Shown here: positions 58,059 through 64,000 of the stretch, piece after piece | How positions within the stretch are numbered: position 1 is the stretch's first letter | Layout: the number at the start of each line of letters is the position of its first letter | Assembly: GCF_040938485.1 (NCBI RefSeq) | Contig: NW_027271492.1 | Location: 1,550,001 to 1,614,000 of the forward strand | From: Diadema antillarum | Taxonomy: Eukaryota | Length of the DNA stretch: 64,000 nucleotides | Direction: 5' to 3' | Program-made: the position numbers and the translations under genes | Notes under the pieces: model-generated | The model's database searches: none | What the model saw: only the letters and a program-made list of their open reading frames with translations | What the model was told of the DNA's origin: nothing

Positions 58059-59269
58059 ACCACTGCTCCTGGACATATATGAACCGTACAGTGTGTTCAT
58101 GATGTGAAATGGAACACGAGGAACATTGGCAGAAAGATTTGCCTGCTTGATTACTTGCGTGGAATGTATTTCCTGACAGTAGGAGACCATGTTGGTATGA
58201 CTGAGCCTCTTTATTAGCAGAGCAAAAGTGGCAATAGTCTTGAATTGGTATCGGACGTATGTATTCCAGAGAGTACTGTGGGAATGTTAAATATGTGAGG
58301 ATAGTAAATGAAAGGTATGCAAATTTGGGTGCTGAATCAGATAGCAAAAAAAGAGAAGTAAATAAATAAATAACCACCAAGGAAGCACAAAAATGTTCAG
58401 AATGATTTGTTCACCCTGTTGGATGAGTAAACTGGAATACAGCTACTATCCTCACATTGCAATTTACTAGCCCCAGCTGAAGGACCAGCAGGCTGGTACA
58501 ATTGTAGTACATTTACAGGGAAACTGAGTTATGGTGAGGGTCACCCTCGATGGCTGAATTCACCTTGTTAAAGCGTTACATCATTCTGAGTGAACCTGTT
58601 ATAATGAGATTCCCCTTTTTGCTGCTCAGTGATTTGTGTTAAGTTAAAATCTGTGAGAGCATTCTGAAGTTTTACGAGGGATCCAGAAAGAGGAGTACCC
58701 GATTTCTGCAGGTAACCATTCACATTATCGAAACAGCTATAGTATGGCTTGTGTTATGATCATCATGCAGAATTTCATGTCAGAGTGAGGGAGATTGTTC
58801 AAGCAAAAACTCAGCAATCATGATAAAGATGTAAACTGTCATCAAAATATGTATCAAGAACTTCTGATATAACAGTGCATCTATCTCCGTTGAAATTATC
58901 CATGAAATTCATTGTGTAGGCTGCTTGTGACTTTTTGACTGAATACCAAGTTCAAGGCAGCATTGCTTTCTGGTGTGTACAGTATAAAGGATCCTTCAAG
59001 CTTGTTGCTTACATCAAATTTGTACCTCATGAAGTGTGTGAATCTTTTGGCCACTTCAAGACGAAGACTGGATGAATTCATGAATAAATTTTTAAAATGC
59101 AAACTGCACTCACGAAGAATCATCTTACCATTTTCATTATTTTCATACACAACCCTCTTTGTAACATTTCATACATGTATGTCTTTGTGTGTTGTGCTTG
59201 TGCATTTGCTTACACTTACTATGCATACATCATTATGTAACTTATGTACAGTATATGTATGTATATATA

Positions 59270-59987
59270 CAGTTGAACCTCTCGTATCCGGACAAGTCGG
59301 GACCGGGGCTCATCCGGATAAGGGATTTGGCCGGATACGGGAGACTCAATGCTTTATACATGGACATAATATATTGTATACACATGTACTGATGTAGCCC
59401 ATTGTAGTACCACATGTAGTAATGTGTATACTGCAACCTTTTCATTGTTACACTCAGTAACAGACCCAAAAATAGAGGTTTGTGTTTGCAAGAATGAAAT
59501 CATTTTCTTTTATAAATTCTTGGGATGATTTACCTAAATAATTATTAAGAAATGTATCAAGTAGATCTTGAAAATAAACAGTACGAGTCGACGAAACTAC
59601 GCTTCAAAATTCGATCCATCTCGAAAACAATGCATGTCTATCTAGATCTAGTCATATCGACGGCTGTGTATGGACCTACATGTGGCAATGCGATATGTCA
59701 CTGAGAGGACTTGAGCGCATAATCTGTCCATGTTCTTGCGATGATTTGGGGATGTTTGGGGATGTTAATATGTCTGAAGGTAAGCAATTGGAAGGAAATT
59801 TGATGTAATACATGTTAATCATGTTGGAAGTAATATGTAATTCATATGTGTTTGTGTAAGAGTTCTCAAGGAGTTGGGAATCCCCCTTTCCTCCCGTAAT
59901 TATAAAAAAAAAAAAATCACGGCGAGATTGCATCCGTATAATAGAGAGATCCGGATAAAGGGAGGCCGGATAAGAGAGGTTCAACTG
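59270..59987. mobile_element. pogo/Tigger-like non-autonomous element, 718 bp, TA TSD in an (AT)n context
   Basis: TIR CAGTTGAACCTCTC(G/T)TATCCGG (21/22), repeated CCGGATA subterminal motifs. Confidence 0.85.
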
Positions 59988-59992
59988 TATAT

Positions 59993-60034
<42 letters not shown>

Positions 60035-60557
60035 TTATCTGCAAAATTATTTATACCCCTGAACATTTTTATTTTTTTCCTGATAAGTGAATGATGGAAT
60101 GATTGTACTTCAGTGTGACTTTTGTGTATTTAGTTGTCATCTACCAGTTACAGTAAATTTGGAATTGATTTCATTTTTATAACAATAGAGACATAGAGAT
60201 TTCCAGATTTTTGGCTGTCATTAATTATTTGAGTATTTTGTTGGAATGTAAGAATTCTCACTGGGAACATAGTAAAATCCAGTGCATTGAATGCTGGTAT
60301 CACAAACAAATGGCTGGGGATCTATATTGATGACTCATGTCCAAGTTGGCAGGATAAAGTTTGTAAAGCCTTTAAAATGAATATTTCTTTTGTTGTACTA
60401 GTGAGATTAAACTGAAAATGTAGTGATTTTTAATATGACAGTGTAAGGTATTAAATCAGTGCTGGAGGGCCACAGTAATTAATTTTATTAGAAATTGGCA
60501 TATTTGAAAAAAAATCAGAGGTATGCATGATTTTGTAGACAACTATATACATACATA

Positions 60558-60611
<54 letters not shown>

Positions 60612-60766
60612 CTGATTATACTGAATTATAGATGTAGAGATTTCTATAAATGAAATAGATAAAATGATTTGTGTGTGTGAAATCAGACAAAGTAAATTAG
60701 AGAAAGAATGAGTTTTACAGTTAAAATCTTCTCATCTAAAATAGCTTGTATCCATGTTTGTTAAGA

Positions 60767-60815
<49 letters not shown>

Positions 60816-62104
60816 TATATAAAATACATACATACATGTTATGCATAATATTTACAAGTCTGGAGTATGCAAAGACATGCATGAAATTTTCTCTATTCTT
60901 CTGTGCGTATGTCTTCTCTCTTGTTATGACACCAAGTTTGGCACACACTGACTCTAAGAAATCATTGGGTTGCCAGAGTCATTAATTGACAAAAGCATGT
61001 AGCTGAAAAATAGAAATAATCATTTCAGCTTATATTTCACCATCTCATGTGCCTTGTGTATGTAATCAATGCAGAACACTTCTTGACTTGAAACAAACAT
61101 ACACACATACATAACACATAAAACATGCACAATTTAAAAAGCACACACACACACACACAAACCGGTAGACAAAAGCGAATGACGATGTGTATACATATAC
61201 TTCTTTTCCAGAACAATCACCAAGTTTGAATAGATCCTTTAATCTTTGCTTATTCCTCCACCATATCAAACGTCTACACTTGAGCATTACACATTATTCC
61301 ATTGCAATGCCAAAAGTCGAGGGCTAACGTTTCATTCTCCTTTTCATTTTCAGTATTTGCATTATTATGATGTCCTATCTTGTGATACTTTGCAGACATG
61401 ATTATTACACAATGTATTCAGACAATTGTCATCAAATCATCATGAAACCATGATCATGATTTCCATACACAAACTGAAAATACACCCAAGATTGAATCCT
61501 CTGTATACATGAAAAAATTTTGATACATGGAATATAGTATTTGACAAAATTATTCATGACTACCATTTGGGCTACAACTACTTCGGTTTTTTTACAGTGT
61601 CTGTGAAGTCGTCTTGTAATAAAATATTTGCACTACAGTAAAGAAAATAAGTAAATGAATAGATAAAGATAAAACATTTAGTCACTTAATTTTCAGTTTA
61701 TATCAGAGGTGACATATCATGGATAGTCAAATTACTCAGCATTCAAACAAAACCAGAAATAATAAATTCTTATTGTAAAGTACTCTTCATAAAAAAGGAC
61801 AAATCGTCCATTGTCATGCATGATACTCAACCTTTTAACTTTTGCTCACACCTTTGCTCACACATGGTTCAAGATGAAGATGGCAGAAATTGCTGTGACA
61901 CCATAAATTATTAGCTTAAACTGACCTGTAGAGGCCTAGAGACGACATTCCTGTAGTTTTGTGCTGTACCACAAGTTTTATTATCCATCGCTAGTGTTTA
62001 CATGGATGGTTTCTGATGCAGAATTGTCTTAAGAACTTAACTTGATTAAGTAATAACTTATTCTTGAAGTGAAAACATGTTATAAAAGATAATAAATTCT
62101 TGTA

Positions 62105-62329
62105 CAGTGCACTCCTTTTATACCAAACACGGTTTACGTCAAAGTTCTTGAAATAAAAAAAAAATCTCAATATAACAAAATTCTTGTTACAATGAAATCA
62201 AAATTCATGTCCCAAAATTATCTATATAACTTTATAGACTACACTGTTTGGTTACTAGTATAATGAAATTTCAATGTAAGGCAAGAAAACCACCAGTCCC
62301 GAAGACTTTGTTAATATGAGAGTACACTT
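62105..62329. mobile_element. Degenerate Tigger-like MITE
   Basis: TA-CAGTGCACTC ... GAGTACACTT-TA ends. Confidence 0.45.
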
Positions 62330-64000
62330 TACTTTGAAAGGACATATTCTTCTTCTTTTTTTGAGTAAATTTCTGTCGGACTTTGTGCAGATTTCATGAT
62401 TTTAACCAGTTTAATCTTAAATAAACTTATTCCAATATAAGACAGGAATTGAAATTCAGTGGTGTAGCTCTCAGGATAACAAGATGAAGAATTCTGGTAA
62501 AAAATTTTGCGAGGACTAGATGGAATTACGGTGTCATTTTTGGTTTGACTTCTGGCTACCCTCTCAACAAATGCATTTTCCTGGTGTCCTGGGTCAGAAT
62601 AACTTATGTACAAAAGGAAGCTGGACTCCATGACACACACATACACACAACACACCCACACACATCCACACACAGACACACAGACACACACACAGACACA
62701 CACACACACACAGAAAAAAAAATAATCCAAACAATCTCTGTTACAAACTACCAGTGATGGGAAAGCCATAACTACCACACATATTATTCTGAACAATGGA
62801 CTCTGCCCCACCCTTGGAGAACTCGAGAGCAATCAACAGATCATTCAGCTTGAAATCTCCATACAATCATCCCATCATTCTTTGTGGATAGGCAGAAAAA
62901 GGTCTTACTCTGCTATTAACATAGTACATTAAACTGCATGCCTTTTTCATAGCACAAGATTTTGTCAGAGACAGACTATGTGTTGCATTTATTTCTAGAT
63001 GCTGATATTTCAAATTAATCTGTAGCTCCTCACAGCTTCTTGTTTACAAAAGAAACCATCGAGCCATCTTGCACATAATTTCATGTGGAAATCCAGCGAC
63101 TTACGACATTGCACTACAAGACACTCGGAGAAACATTCAGATGACCTGCCTGTCTACATGTCCAAGAATAATCTCACAGTCTCATAAAAAACAAGAAGAA
63201 AGAAGAAAAAAATATCACATCAGTTCAAAGAAATTGATCCAGCAATTTTTATAATTGTAAAGTCCTCTCTGTAAAGTGTAAAAGACACACATTTCCTGTT
63301 CAGATACACTTTTTGATAGATATATTCATATTATGGTATAGTTTTCACATTGAATTTGAGACAATATCATGGTACTATTGAACAATCTGATAAATGATCT
63401 GTAATATAACAGCTGATATAATAGCTTCAATTTATCATAATAAACCATCCCAAATATACATAAGTATCCGTGATATAATCATACATGAAATTGGCAACCG
63501 GTAGTCGAAAATGGCTATTCTAATTACACACCTGGTCTACACGATTTCCTTAAATAAGAAATAAAGAGTTTCTACACTAAAGATTGAGGATAAAGATGAC
63601 AAAAACAGAAAGAAAAAAACAAACAAACAAAGCCCAGAGAAGTTCCATTCACAGGAATATTTGATCTTCTAATAAATGTATTCATAATACTCTATATGAT
63701 AATGGGTATACACCAGTAATATATATTGCATAAAAAATAATCAGGTTACCTGAATAGACACTTGAATATCTTCAAAAATGATTCACTACAAATTAGTGTA
63801 TACTATTGTGATAACTTTCACACTTGTCAGTACTTTCTAGTTGAAAAGAAATTATAGGACACAACACGTTTGGAAAGAAATATCGTGAATCATATCTTCA
63901 CATAGGCAGATGAAACATATTCACAGATGATCCATTTTCACATCTTTTAAACATTATTTACAGGTGGTATTTAAAAGTTGTATTCTAGTACTTGAATCTC

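Noticed and set aside
57621-58380. Minus-strand ORFs of 189 and 203 aa
   Set aside because: Antisense shadows of MRPS34 exon 3 with no motifs.
62329-62832. 167-aa minus-strand ORF near the window end
   Set aside because: It spans a (CA)n repeat, lacks coding-like composition and has no consistent splice sites.

Overview
Eukaryotic, AT-rich, intron-rich animal genomic DNA with six N-gaps. An invertebrate deuterostome such as a sea urchin is inferred from the gene and MITE styles but not proven. I assembled four protein-coding genes by hand from GT-AG splice sites with consistent reading-frame phase. (1) The first coding exon of a sigma-class glutathione S-transferase (minus, 1659-1800; rest lies left of the window; absent from the ORF track). 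(2) A 17-exon, 993-aa cyclic-nucleotide-binding-domain protein (CNBD2-like; plus, 12421-25357) with a 436-aa Arg/Ser-rich N-terminal exon. (3) A complete 16-exon, 755-aa GGA clathrin adaptor (VHS-GAT-hinge-GAE; minus, 34832-53202). (4) A 3-exon MRPS34 (plus, 55671-58058), divergent from GGA. Introns and intergenic DNA hold many non-autonomous TIR elements, a tRNA-derived SINE and microsatellites. There is no CRISPR array, rRNA, intact tRNA or transposase. The best leads are a MITE nested in a palindromic MITE with an atypical 14-bp target duplication, candidate upstream CNBD exons whose in-frame stops are a run of six TGAs, a PKA/14-3-3 motif array fused to a CNB domain, an apparently relocated DXXLL motif in the GGA hinge, and a strong ARE at the GST promoter. 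None is established as a new system; all are hypotheses needing the stated checks.
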